Positions 36,631-48,871 of a stretch of DNA of 64,000 nucleotides are shown here, piece after piece. Source of the DNA: Rhizodiscina lignyota (taxonomy: Eukaryota). A program made the position numbers and the translations under genes. Location of the stretch: positions 840,453 to 904,452 of the forward strand of contig ML978122.1 in NCBI GenBank assembly GCA_010015805.1, in the 5' to 3' direction. The notes under the pieces are model-generated. The model searched no databases. It was not told the DNA's origin and saw only the letters and a list, made by a program, of their open reading frames with translations. The first letter of the stretch is position 1; the number at the start of each line of letters is the position of its first letter.

Positions 36631-39600
36631 TCAAACATAGAACATGACATCCTGTAAGTCCTGCTTCCAAGGATTCTTCCATTCCAAGTTTCCCGGAGAA
36701 GTAGTAGACTGGGAATCGATCCAAAATGCCGAATTCTGGAGGTGCTGAGCGACACGTAGCTTGAAAGCTTCATCCTTTTCTTCTTTTCCCTGGCGGATTA
36801 GCCCGTTGGCAGCTCTGGCATTAGAGTCCCAAGCTCCAAGGTAGAACCGTCCGCGGGTGCAGAGCTTGTCGGCGCAATATGCAGGCGCGCAATATGAGAT
36901 GCCTTTTGTCGCTGGGGAGTAAGAGTAGCACATCCTGTGAGTCTCGTAGTGTGTTAGCAGAGCATCACTCGCGCCGGAGGAGCGACTTACTATAGCTTGA
37001 ATCTCTTGTGAAGTCAGGCCGATGTCGTTCTTGATCGGGTAGTAGTGAGCAGAGCGCCCCGTGCCTTTGATCGCATCGTGAGACTGAAGATAAAAGTCGC
37101 CGTCTTCTGGATGTGTGATGACGTCCTCAATCACTAAGCCTGGCTTCACATTGCCGTTCAGAGCGCCTTTCCACAATATGCTCATTCCACGCTTTTCAAA
37201 TCTTGCATTACGAGTGGGTTTCTTGCCAGATTTTGATGGGTACGTTTGATTGTTCGAGAGTGGATAAAAGCGGGCATGATGCCGCTTGCCAGCCACGACG
37301 CAAGTAATAAGAGGGGTTTCAGCAGTTTCTGCAGCCAAGTTATCGCCAAGGGCTTCGAACGCCTTTTCGGAGCCTTTCCCTATTGCCGTGAGCTCTTCGT
37401 CGCATATCGTCTGGTACTGCGTCTCGCCGACACCATCCCGGTAGTAGAGCACGTTCTGTGGGAGCCTGTAAGGGCCGTCATTTTCAGCAGTACACCTAGA
37501 CCACGCGAGGAAACGTTCGCAGGACATGTCCAATATATCTGAGATAATCTGATGGTCGTTAAATATTGACCGTAATTTGTCTGATCGCTGAACATACCTC
37601 TTGACGCCCTGACTGGAGCCTCAAACTGCCAGGAATGTTTATGAAATGCGGATCGACGGAGCCAACAAGACTGGCGATTGAGGGAGTAGCAAGATGATCC
37701 CCTTTTCGTGGATGAGTAACGTCACCTCCAAACATTATCGTATCAGCGTTAAGTCGCTCTGTATGTTTATCGACATTAATGTGGTGCGTATCTCCGCCAA
37801 GTTTGAAGTTGAACTTCAAGGCGAGGTTAGAGAAAAAAGGATCTGTTGCACCCTTGTCAATCTTTGTCAGAATAGTCGACAATTTATCCTTTTGACAGCA
37901 GATCGTCATCTTTGCGAGCTGAGTTTCGGTGATTTTCTTGATGGCAGCATAAAGCGCTTGACTCTTCTCTGGAAGTATCACCAGGGCGAGTGGCATCTCG
38001 GAGTATGTGTCGAAGAAAGTCTCGAATATTTTCTTGAGTTTATCCAGATACTGCTCCTGAGTTTCAAGGCATGGAATATGTTGACTGTGCAGGACCGGAG
38101 TCTCCTGCTCGATAGTAATTCCGTGGCCCCTGAGAGTTCGTATCGCATTTTCAGCTACCTTTGCCATGTCTAGAAAAGGAGGCTGAGCGAGAGGCTTCTC
38201 GTAATACAATCCGACGATGCCAAGCTGTTTGAGAGGGCGACCCGGTTTCACGAACTTCGTCTCGCGCAGATCCCACGAGGCACATGCGGGGGTAACTGAT
38301 GGCTTATCGCCAAATTGGATCGTCGGGGCAACTAGAGTTTTCGCTGGCACTCTCAAGAGCTTAGTTATGACATCGAACCCAAGCGCATCCTGAAAAGTCA
38401 GCATGAACAATTCTTACGATAGCGATGATGAAGTAAATTACCAGGGTTGAGGATGTATCTGCCAAGCCAAGACGTTCCAATCACTCAGTCATGATCAAAT
38501 TTGCATTGCTCGCCGGATCTTGGAGTGCTCTGGCGATCATTGAGTTTGAGAGCTTGGAAGGAAGCAAGTGGGTGAAAGGCTGGTTTGCCAGTAGTTCAAG
38601 GCAATCTGACGGAATCCATCTCGCTTTGTGTCGGTCTTCATCCTTGTCATCTCGCGGAACGTACCCAACGTTGACGCAAGGAGCCTCCGGATCGAGCTTG
38701 TTGGTTTTCTGTTTCGAGAACGTATCTTTTATGCCGTGTTAGTAAAGTACTAGGTTGTTAGGACACTCAATAACATACTTTTGAAGTAGTCAAGGACAGG
38801 ACTGGCCTTGAAGTCATTTTGGAGCTTCTTGTAGTTAACTTCTTTTGCAACTGGTTTCCCAATTGCGGTAATGCAAACGTTGCGGAAAGCGTTTGGATCA
38901 GGATCGGTATCAGGATTATGATGTAGCCGCTGGTATGTGATGCGTGCTGATTTTCCAACGAGAGACTTGGAGATCAGTTGAGGTGGGCAACCAGCTGATT
39001 TCATGCGAGCGATGAACTTTGAGACAAGAATCGGGCGTAAAAAGGCGGAAGTAACGGTGTTAACATTGATGAGCATAGTAGAAGTTCCAGGTCTCACCGA
39101 TGAGAAGTAGCCACGATTAGCTAGGAGTGCAGACATCGGAGCTGTGTCATTTGCGTCCCCAGGGCCAGCCTTTGCTCTCGATTTGGTTCCGACAGGCGCA
39201 AGGAACTAATATCCCGCGTTCAAGAAAAATTTATTTGCGCCAATTTGTGTGATCTGATCCGGACGACGTCCGTTGGCATATTTTGCGATGTAAGCATTCA
39301 ACGCTTGTTTCCATGAAGATGCCAATGCAGGATCTGCGGTGCCACGTCGATTCCATTCTTGCAGACTTTCGTGCTTTGAGGATTGAGAGAAATCCAGTAT
39401 GCCCTTGAATTCGTATGCAAGGAATGGCACCTTGGCGATGTGACCAGTTCGTTCTTCGAAATCAAAAGGGTCGATAGGATAGATTTGACCAATGTCTCCA
39501 TCTTGGTGGCTCCACAGTGGCTTGGTTGCCCAAATCTTCGAAAAATCCGTCGCCAAATCATCTCTCCCTTGCAACGGAGGGCGAGAATTGAGCAGATTCA

Positions 39601-40270
39601 TGACTTTCTTCTTGTCTTCACGTCTTTTGATAATCTTTTCCCTTGCTTTTTGCTCTGGTTTTGCACTCTGGGAATTATTTCCGCCTGTCGAAGATTTGCC
39701 TGACGTCGCTGCAGACGAGTTTGATGGAACAGGTGCGGCTTTCGGCTGCACGGGAAGAGTCTTCGTCGTTTCAGGCTGGCCCGTTTCGTAGAGGATGGTG
39801 TACTCGTACAGCTTGTCTGGACAGTCTCGTAGCAGTAGATAATTGGTAATGACTTCATGTTGAGTGGAAGTTGCCGTCGATGCCTTGTGGGTTCTTTCTT
39901 TTGCATTTTCAAGGACTGCGAGCTCGTGGAGTTTCTCCTTTTCGGCATCGGGAAGCTTGATGACCGCCTCTCCGGGAAATTTTAAATTGCACTTCTGCAA
40001 CTCAGCCTTACCCTCGTGAGCCTCTTTGTTGACCTTTTCTGTCGTCATTGGATTTGGCACTGTTGGCCAGCCTCTCCAGAACTTTTGCTCAAGATCCCAG
40101 GCAAGCCGTGGAGGATATTCTGGATTGTCACGATATCACCGCCAGAGTACTCGCCTTGAGTCGAAATCCGTTCCATTTTTCAAGGTCGGAGCACTACACC
40201 TTTCAACTTCGTGATGTGGATCCCTCGGCAGCTTTCCGTCCTTGTCAGGAAGATTGTCACAGCGGTGCTT
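36631..40270 (-). pseudogene. Argonaute (N-L1-PAZ-MID-PIWI) with in-frame premature stops
   Basis: ITNY, IGANKFF, RGYFSSVRPG, CVNVG, WIPSDCLEL, LYAAIKK, NLALKFNFKLGG, FGGDVTHP, RQE, YYRDGVGE, KRHHARF, DFYLQSH and PAYCADKLCTRG motifs; four introns; stops TAG 39208-39206, TGA 38483-38481 and TGA 40138-40136. The 5' boundary is approximate. Confidence 0.85.
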
Positions 40271-40516
40271 CTGCGGACGTTGTCTTTTGATCGGTCGCTG
40301 AGTTGATGTGATAGAAATTTGGAAGATGAATCTAGTTGTCAAATGTGAATATGAACTGTCTTTTATATCCCACTGAGACAATAAGTTTAGCATGGTTGGG
40401 GGTTTCTTTGCCGGCTTGCTAATAAAATGATTACTGTCAAAACAAAGAAGTACAACGCAGCGAGAGCAAGACACAAACGTTGGGAATCTCTGATGCCACC
40501 GCGCAGGATACGCTAA

Positions 40517-41721
40517 TTAACCTAGAGCTCTCATGACGCCTTCAAATGCAACAAGAGCCATGGCATTTGCAGGAAATCTGATGGTAGTTAGCATGTATGT
40601 GTGTGGCAATCGTGATGTATCGCACATACGCTCTTAGAAAACATGGCGTGAAGCCTCTCCAATAACCTCTCCATCCACTCTCTCTCCAGACCGTACGCGC
40701 AGCATCGGACCAGCGTTTGAATTTACGATCAGGACCCAGCGGATCTGTCATAATGCGCTGTTTGACAACGTCGGAGGGATACGATGTGATCCAGAACACT
40801 TGCGCAGACAAACCACCAGCCCAAAAGTTGACCGCTGGCGTGGAGAGTGACGTGTGTGTCGACAGCGCGCGGGTAAGCAAATCGTATGACGACCACCAGA
40901 AGAAAAAGAACGTCCGAAAGATCAGGGTCGCAAACAAGCCGTGAAAAAGACCGCTGACACCATGAGAGCGAAGCTGTTCGCGGGTGAGTACACTATTCTG
41001 TTGTTTGTAACGTACGTGCTTACAAGCTTTCGTGTGCAATCAATTGGCCCACTGTACAGCCGTTTGGATTTGTCTGCTGCATATTGGATCTGCAAGCGCG
41101 CTTTGACGTGTTCAAACGGCGCAGCAATGAAGCTTACAGTCCAGCCTGCCATCATTCCCGCAATACCATGGCCGACTGCTGGCATCTTGCGGTCTCCCGC
41201 ATTCGCCGTCGGCCGTGGAGCGTGCAACGGATTGAAGAAGTTGTCGTTGAGCAACCCGCGATAGACAGTCAGAGAACCAAGCATCACTGCAGCTTGTCGT
41301 CAATGTCACAGTATAACGACAACTTTGAACAAAATTGGTATCATACGAGAGTCCATGAACATCCATCCTATCAGAGGGGGCGTTGCCCCTTTATACAAGC
41401 CTCGGACGCCTTCTTTGCGTACCGTCTGGAGCACGCAATCCAGCGGCCCTCGGAATTGCGATTTTTCAGAGGTCTGGAGACGAACTTTAATGGTATCGAA
41501 CCTAAGTTAGATAAGCACATGATATTTAAGAGATCCGCCATTTCTTCATCAATAACGGGCAAAGCCTTGACGTGTATCCAAAGAGCGGCCAGGAAATGGC
41601 AGCAAACTCACGGATGACCAACGCTCAACTTGGCGATTCCAGAGAATACTCCAGCCACGAAGCCTTTGTAGTTCGTGATGGCAGGCAGCTCTGGCTCAGA
41701 CTTTGCCTTGACTCCCGCCAT
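40517..41721 (-). CDS. Mitochondrial carrier (SLC25), YMC1/carnitine-carrier-like
   Basis: Three carrier signatures [23 protein letters not shown] and [11 protein letters not shown]; four introns. Confidence 0.93.
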
Positions 41722-42071
41722 CGACTCAGTTTGATAGAGATGATTATCGGCTCATCCTCGTCCTCGATGCGCTCTGTTACTACAAAATGCCGCCAAAGGA
41801 GAAACGTAAAGACCGAAGGGGAACGAATTAATGTCGACTCAAAGGTGATAAGCTTACAAAGTCGTTAACAGATCCACATATTGCGATCCTGCAGGGCTCG
41901 ACGTGACGGTGTCGATCGTCCGAAGGCCGACTTCGGCCCGGGAAGATTTTCAGATGTCGCGATTAATCATGGTTGTGAGCGGTTGCTCTTAGCGGATACG
42001 CCGCCATGTAGTACCTCTCACCTGGGCGGCGAAGCTGTCACCTTTCTTAATATCATCTTTGCGTAAGCATC

Positions 42072-43170
42072 ATGTCTGGAAAGAATGGCGCGCAAAGCGC
42101 TGTTGATGGAGCAAATCCGGACCAGAAACGAGTGGTAGACTCATCGAAAGGTATGAAATGCCGTCACCACCTTCGACAGGCCTTGAATTAACAATACATA
42201 GTTTGGACTACCCTGATCACGAATCTAGCATATCTTCCTGGTCTACTCGCTCTCGACTACTCCCTCAAACGCGCCGGATCCCGCTATCCACTTATCGCCT
42301 TGTATACCGACACCTTTCCGGAAGAGGGACACGCAGCTCTTGATGCGAGACAGATCCCCAAGAAGCACATAGCTTACCTGCTTCCTTCGGTCCACAAAGA
42401 TTTCAGCAATGATCCGCGTTTTTACGATTGCTGGTCGAAGCTCACTCCGTTCTCCCTCGTAGAGTATGATCGCGTAGTACAACTGGACAGCGACATGTTA
42501 GTCTTGAAAAATATGGACGAGCTCATGGACATTGAGCTCGATGGGAGTGAGCTGGCTGGTAAAGGACAAAGGGTCTTTGCGGCGAGTCATGCTTGTGTGT
42601 GCAATCCGTTAAAGAAGCCACATTATCCTAAGGACTGGTACGCCTTATCCCACGCAGGCGCGCTTCTTGAGATACTGAATGAAATGTTGCAGGATACCAG
42701 AAAACTGCGCCTTCACATCTCAACATCCTGACCCTGATCGCGCGCAAACGGAAGGTGCTCCTTCGACGGCTGGTCTCGGCATGCCCAATGGAGGCCTTCA
42801 AGTTGTCAACCCCTCCGCTGAGGTCTATTCTCTTATTCTGTCGCAACTCGCAAACGACACCGTTACCACAGCCTACGAGTTCGCGGATCAATCGCTGCTT
42901 GGTGACGTGTTCAATGGTCGCTGGGTCGCCCTACCGTACATATACAATGCGCTGAGGCCGAACCGTTGGAGAGAGGTGCATGGGCCAATATGGCGGGATG
43001 AAAATATCAAGAACTGCCATTATCTGCTAGGTCCGAAGCCTTGGGAGCAAAAGCCGGGAGGCGATTTGCTGTTGGCGGGACGTAAAGACGAGACCGCAAA
43101 ATGGTGGTGGGAGATTGATGAGGAGAGATTGGCAAAAGAGAAAGAAGCCGGTATCGAGGACGGTTTCTAG
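42072..43170 (+). CDS. Glycosyltransferase family 8 protein
   Basis: VWTTLITNLAYLPGLL, CWSKL, DxD motif QLDSDML, FADQSLL, YIYNAL, HYLLGPKPW; introns 42151-42200 and 42638-42693. Confidence 0.92.
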
Positions 43171-43567
43171 TTCACCGACAGGAGTTTCGAGTTGCACATG
43201 CCTCCTTACAATCCTGTGTCAATCTGCACGCCATCGTCCTGCTGGACCGTCTACTCGGAGAGCAAATACTTCGACCAAGAAGCAAGACCATCTCGAGTTC
43301 TACAAGGTCAAGCACTGCGTGAAATCTTCACATAAATCAAAATGCAAAAATACAAGGACGATTGACCGATGAACGCCATGGACTCCAATTAAAGTATAAA
43401 CATTATAGCTGCGTCCCATAACGCCACACGCAGTCCGCGTAAGTGAGCGCGAGACGGGACTGGAGCGACGAAAGGAGATCTTTTATGCTTTTCCTGAAGT
43501 GAATGACTGTTCATTTCCCTCATGTCATAACTCATCATTATTACCATCACGACGACACATCTATCGC

Positions 43568-44204
43568 TTATTTGCCTGGAGACAATACCGCATCCGCAGC
43601 GGCAATTGCTGATTCACAGATCAGTATGAAGACATTGACTGTATGAGCTTGGAGGGACTTACCGGCCTCTTGCTGATCGGCAGTGGCAGGAAGAGCACTC
43701 AAGCAGCTGATAGCAACGGACAGACTGTCAGTCATTACATCGTCACCGCGGACGAAGGACGTGAGCAGGTATTTGCCGTCGGTACCGAGCAACCTGGCGG
43801 TGCCATCGGGAACAGTACCGTCAGTCGTTGGACAGTCACCACGGTACGCGAAGACTATGGAAATTCCAGTCAGCCTTCACCCAAGACTATTAACTAAGCA
43901 ACGATAGCCCTTGCGGGGAGAAAATACCTTGAGTATGCGCACACGCAGTCCCAGTCGCAGCAGTAGACAGAGGCCCCGATGCAACGGCAAGTCCAGTCCA
44001 GCTGTCATCGGCCGGCAGAGAGAGACAGGTGGAGTCAAGGGAAGCACCAGAGAAGCCCACGAGAGTTCCGAGTGCTTTCGTAGAGCCGTCGCTCAATGTG
44101 AGAGTCACACCTTGACCGACCTGGCCAGAGGCTGTCTGAGGAGCAGGAGCGGCGGAAACGAGTGCGACGAGCGCGAGAGGGATCAACTTCATGATGATAT
44201 TCAT
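43568..44204 (-). CDS. Small secreted protein with 4 Cys, effector candidate
   Basis: Signal peptide MKLIPLALVALVSAAP; two canonical introns (43928-43857 and about 43661-43609) join the exons in frame. Confidence 0.75.
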
Positions 44205-46673
44205 CTTGATAGCAGTAGCGCACAGCGATGAAAGACCTAGCCAAGCGATGGGGACGAAAGCACAAGATTCTGACATATCTCCCATCGATCTTTATACTCT
44301 ACGAGATTTTGGAATAGTAGATACGGACTTTTGACCATGCGAAGTCTGGATCGTTCCCATGGTGCTGGTATTTCTATCAAACTCTGCACACCTGGCTTCT
44401 AGCCTCTTCGAACGAGGTGTGTTACAGCATTCATCGACTTCTCGCCTCTTACAGAGCTCTGCGATGCCGCCGCAGAGTCTCCAAGATGTCACTGTGTAGG
44501 CATGCTTGCTCCATACCCTTGCCCAATACCATTATTCTTGGCGACTGCCACTCCAAAACCGATGTACGAGGCTTGGATATCTGTCTCGTGCTTGGCTATA
44601 TGCCTTTTTCTATCAAGCGTAATGTGGATGAAGAGAAGAGTTGTGTTTCGTTCAATCAGACGACTGTGCTAGAAATTTGAAAGCTCATCAGAACTTCCTC
44701 AGGTCTACTTGCATCAGTTCTCGTAGCCAGGCTTGAGTTGAAATCTGTCGGAACATCCGAAGTAAATGAATAACGGAGAAAAGGCCCTCGAACAACCACT
44801 GCGCGCCGTTCCACGTGCTTGCGGAAGGATTCCATGTTCCTGCATTTGACGTGTGCCGCCATCCAAATGTCACTGCAAGGTCTGGACTCCGAACAACATG
44901 GGCATGGTGACGCAACCCTACTCCAAGGGGTCCTTGGAAGTTCTATTTCAAGCCACAATTAGCAAGTGTTCTCGACCGAAATCCCAATTAATTGTGCTGT
45001 ATTTGGGATGGTATAACTCTGCTATTGAAAGTTAATTGCCGGCCATTTTTCTCGAATTGTGCGACTCTCCGCTTTTGCCAAGGCCCCTGACTCGATCGAG
45101 CAGCTTCGCGTTAGCCACATAAAACCCAAGATCCAACCAACCTGTCTCCCGAAGTCACTTTCGCAGGAAAACTATCCCAGACGTTACGCGTCGATACTTT
45201 CTAGCCCGCGGGCCCCTTTATGTTCGGCTTCCGAATATGGGGCCCAGTTGCCGCTCCCATGATGGCTTGCCGAAGAGAGACACGCATCTCCGCGACCCCG
45301 AGCGACCTCTCGCCCCCTGTTCAATTTGTGAACAGCATCGCCTTCGTCTATGTCTATGTAGATCCGTCCGAGCCTAGAATTTGCTTCCTAAGTCATTCCT
45401 GTTCGACCTTCTCTGTTGCTCTTGAAGTAGTAGATATGATATCTCCATTTTATTACAGAGTATGGAGTGCAACCACAGAGACTTCGACTCTCGGAGCGTT
45501 GTAAAGACTATGATCTATTTAAAGAAAGAAACGCATCTTGGCCTTTTTACAATTGTTGTCGTCAGTGCAGATTTAGACGTTCCATGATGCAAAGAAGCGG
45601 AACGATATCAAATACTCACACCATGTCATTTGCAGTTCTTATTCATGTTACGTGGCCAATAGCAAGGCATAGAAGCGTCATTCACGATTCTAATTGGCTA
45701 ACTGATTAAATCCCATATCCCTGAAAATGCGTACAGAGTCCCAAACTTTAAGGGCTTACGAGTCAGACATTGCCCATGTCTCGAATTTTCGCTATTTGTC
45801 GAGCGCAAAGTGTGGAAACCGATGATTGCGATCGGGGCGCATATCCCGCAAGCAACCTCCCATAGAGCCCGCTCGTAGCTATCCGGATCTAGTCCTTGCG
45901 ATGTGCTATTTTCCGCGGATTGTATCTCGATTTATGTAGTCTCTCTATGCCCGTTGCGGCATCATATATATGCCTCCTTCATCACAGATGTTTCTCTTCA
46001 ATGCCCTAGTCGAGCTCTCGAACGACTTGTCTTCTTTGCTCGATCATAATATTCTCTCTTATTTCAGCCCTATTGATTGTGCTAGATTGCTAAATAGGTA
46101 GGTCTCTGTCCCCGGCGGCCTAGCCTACTCTTCGGAACGATCCAGACTTGGTATTCACTAAAGCCTAAGCTATCCTTAGACCCCATAAGACATATTCTAA
46201 AGACTGATCAACAAATTGGTCTGTGAGGCTGAACGAGCTGTGCTTTACCCTGAACGGCGCCTCCGGAGGCACATGCAATCGCAGAAATGCAGGCTAATCA
46301 CTCCTTTCCAGGATCAAGTGTCATTATGTTCGAAGTTTATACTTAGGGTATGTATTGTGACCTATGAAAGAGCAGAAGATGGTATTGGAAGGGTCGCGGA
46401 GTGGCAGACGCAACTGGAAATTAACCCAATCTAGAGGCCCGCTCACCACCTAGAAATTCGGTACTAGCACACCCAGATATTGCTGTCCCGGAACCCAGCG
46501 CCTTCATGTATGGGGTACTCGGGTTAGAGTAGGAGACTTTCTTGGGTAACGCATCATTCCAAGAATTCCAAAGACTCTCAAACAGTAATGATATTCAAGC
46601 ATCTTGAAATTTAAGCGGTGAGTTCAAGTGCGGATCAAGAGGCAGATCTATTTCACGGGAAATATTTTATTAT

Positions 46674-48063
46674 CTATTCGGTTTTGAACGTCTGATATAT
46701 CGCTCTCTCAAGTTTGTTGTAGAGGCTATTCAAGACTGGATCTCCAAACGGAAAAATCTGTGTGAAAATTACGGCGGCAATACCTGTCTCCGGATCGATC
46801 CACTGTAGATTATACAATTAGCGTAAAGATCGAGCAAGGGAATATCCCAACCCCTTATGTGCATACCCAATGTGGGTTCGTCGCTCCACTCCATGCCATG
46901 CTTCCTTTCCGTCGCTTTCCCGGTACGTCTTCCAGATTGACCTTTCCACCAAGCGCGTAGTTCAATTGCAACCCATGTGGAAATTCGGGGCAGATGGCAT
47001 CGTGCAATGGGCCGTCGCAAAAGGCCTGGAAATGCTTCGGATCGTCTAGCTGTGGCTTGAAAAGCTCCGCAATCGACTCTGGCTTCAATATTCTGCTGTC
47101 GCCACTGATCAAAGCACCTAAAAATTCTGCGTAGTCATTTGCGGTGGTAAACAGACCGCCACCACCCATTTCAATCTCAGGGTTCTTTGGAGCAGGATCA
47201 TTGCCATCTCCAAGGCCCAACGGAGCATCTGGAGAGGAACGCCAAGCGATAGTCGTTCGACGAGCTGCAAGTTCAGGGCGCTTATGGATTTGGAAAGTAG
47301 TCGACGACATGCTTAAGGGCTCGAAGATGTGGCGCTCCATATACTCTCCCAGGGTAGAGTTGCTTAGAGCCTCAACTACCCGCCCAGCCCAGTCAATTCC
47401 GACACTGTATGACCATCCTTCGCCAGGGTCGAAAATCAGTGGAAAAGTGATGCCCTCGAGAGTCCTTGATTGGGCATTGACTGTGCGGCCAATATAGGCG
47501 GACCATTTTATGAGGTCAGCATTGCTAGCGTCGTAAGTGAATCCGCTCGAGTGCGTAAGCAAGTACCTGGATCTAGTTCAGCAATGAACGAAACACAATG
47601 TGAGTCGTTTCATCATACCGTAACGTGAGGGCTTTATTAGGTTTCGTAAGAATTGGTGTGCCATCCTCTTCAAATCCCTTCAAGACTTCAATTTTCGAGA
47701 GGTGGGGAACCACTTCTCCAACTTCGTCGTCTAGACCAATATTCCCTTTCTCGACAAGTTGCATTGCACACACGGCTGTGATAAGCTTGGTCATAGACGC
47801 GATCCAACCTACCGAGTCCGCGGTGAATGGCGGTGAATTTGTTTCGAAATTATGCGTTCCTAATGCATTGGAATAGACCGTCTTTCCTGTACTCACGAGG
47901 GTTCGTTAGAAGTCCAAGCGTAAGTCCAGTAGCATTATGCATCCAACGTACCAGCTTTGTCCTTCACAATTAGTGCTGCCGTTCGTAACGTGTCTTTTGA
48001 ATCTGGGTCGGCACTGACGTATTTGTCGAGGATACCGTCAAGGCGAGACTTGTCTAAGGACAT
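46674..48063 (-). CDS. Beta-lactamase-fold serine hydrolase (LovD/class C esterase-like)
   Basis: WIASMTKL (SxxK), LLTHSSGF, FDPGEGWSYSVGIDWAG, MGGGGL, WSGATNPHW|WIDP; three introns. Confidence 0.92.
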
Positions 48064-48871
48064 CTTGACACAAACTAGCGATATCTTTTAGCCCAAGAGA
48101 TGGAGCAGAGCAGCCAATTCTTTGCCGGCGTGGCCTTTTGAGTCCACCGTATCAGAATTACCGGGCAATTCAAAGGTGGATTGGATCTGAATGGGTGTAT
48201 GACGGATACTTTGCAAATTGCGTGGAAGACAGATGTTATCTCTAGTAGAAAGATTGACAGCAGTGAATATCTAAAGTCTCCGAGCGGCGAGAAATCCAGC
48301 TCGGAGAACTTAGAGCACGTACCGATGGACGATTAAGTTAGGAAGACTGAGCTGCTCTAGCTAGAATGATTGGAATCAAGTGGACAATTTAAACCGTACC
48401 GAGAGCGATAGAGTACAGAAGAAAAAGCGAGATACTCAGCTCTTGTCCGTGATAGGAAGGATAGACTACGTTACGAAGGTCGCGGGGTTTGTTGTTTGGA
48501 CTTTGGCCATGACCTTGGCATTGATCCTTGGGCTTGCTTCCATCGTATATGCGCCTCGTAGAGTTGAAATTTCGTTTCGAGGAGCATCTTGTCGTGGATA
48601 TTACATATCCAAATGTTACGTCTGCACCGCAGCTGACATTTACCCAGTCTCGAAAAAATCTGTTATTAGAAAGGTGAAATAACGGCAAGACTTCGGCAAG
48701 ACTTCGGCAGTCGTTTCTAGAGCTTCGTGGAAGCGGAACTTTCCAGCGCAGCCAAACGCGCAACACCAAAGCACTAATCAACACGCGACTTGCGCGCTTA
48801 TTTAAAAAATTGGAAGCTGCATAGTTCATGGACACTACCGCAGACCTGTTCACAGCGCCTTGACGCGCAAC

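Noticed and set aside
42072..48063. Secondary-metabolite cluster around the GT8 and LovD-like genes
   Set aside because: No PKS, NRPS, terpene synthase or pathway regulator is present in the window.
48683..48709. cggcaagactt repeated 2.5 times upstream of NUP188 as a Zn2Cys6 binding site
   Set aside because: It could be a simple slippage duplication, and there is no supporting evidence.
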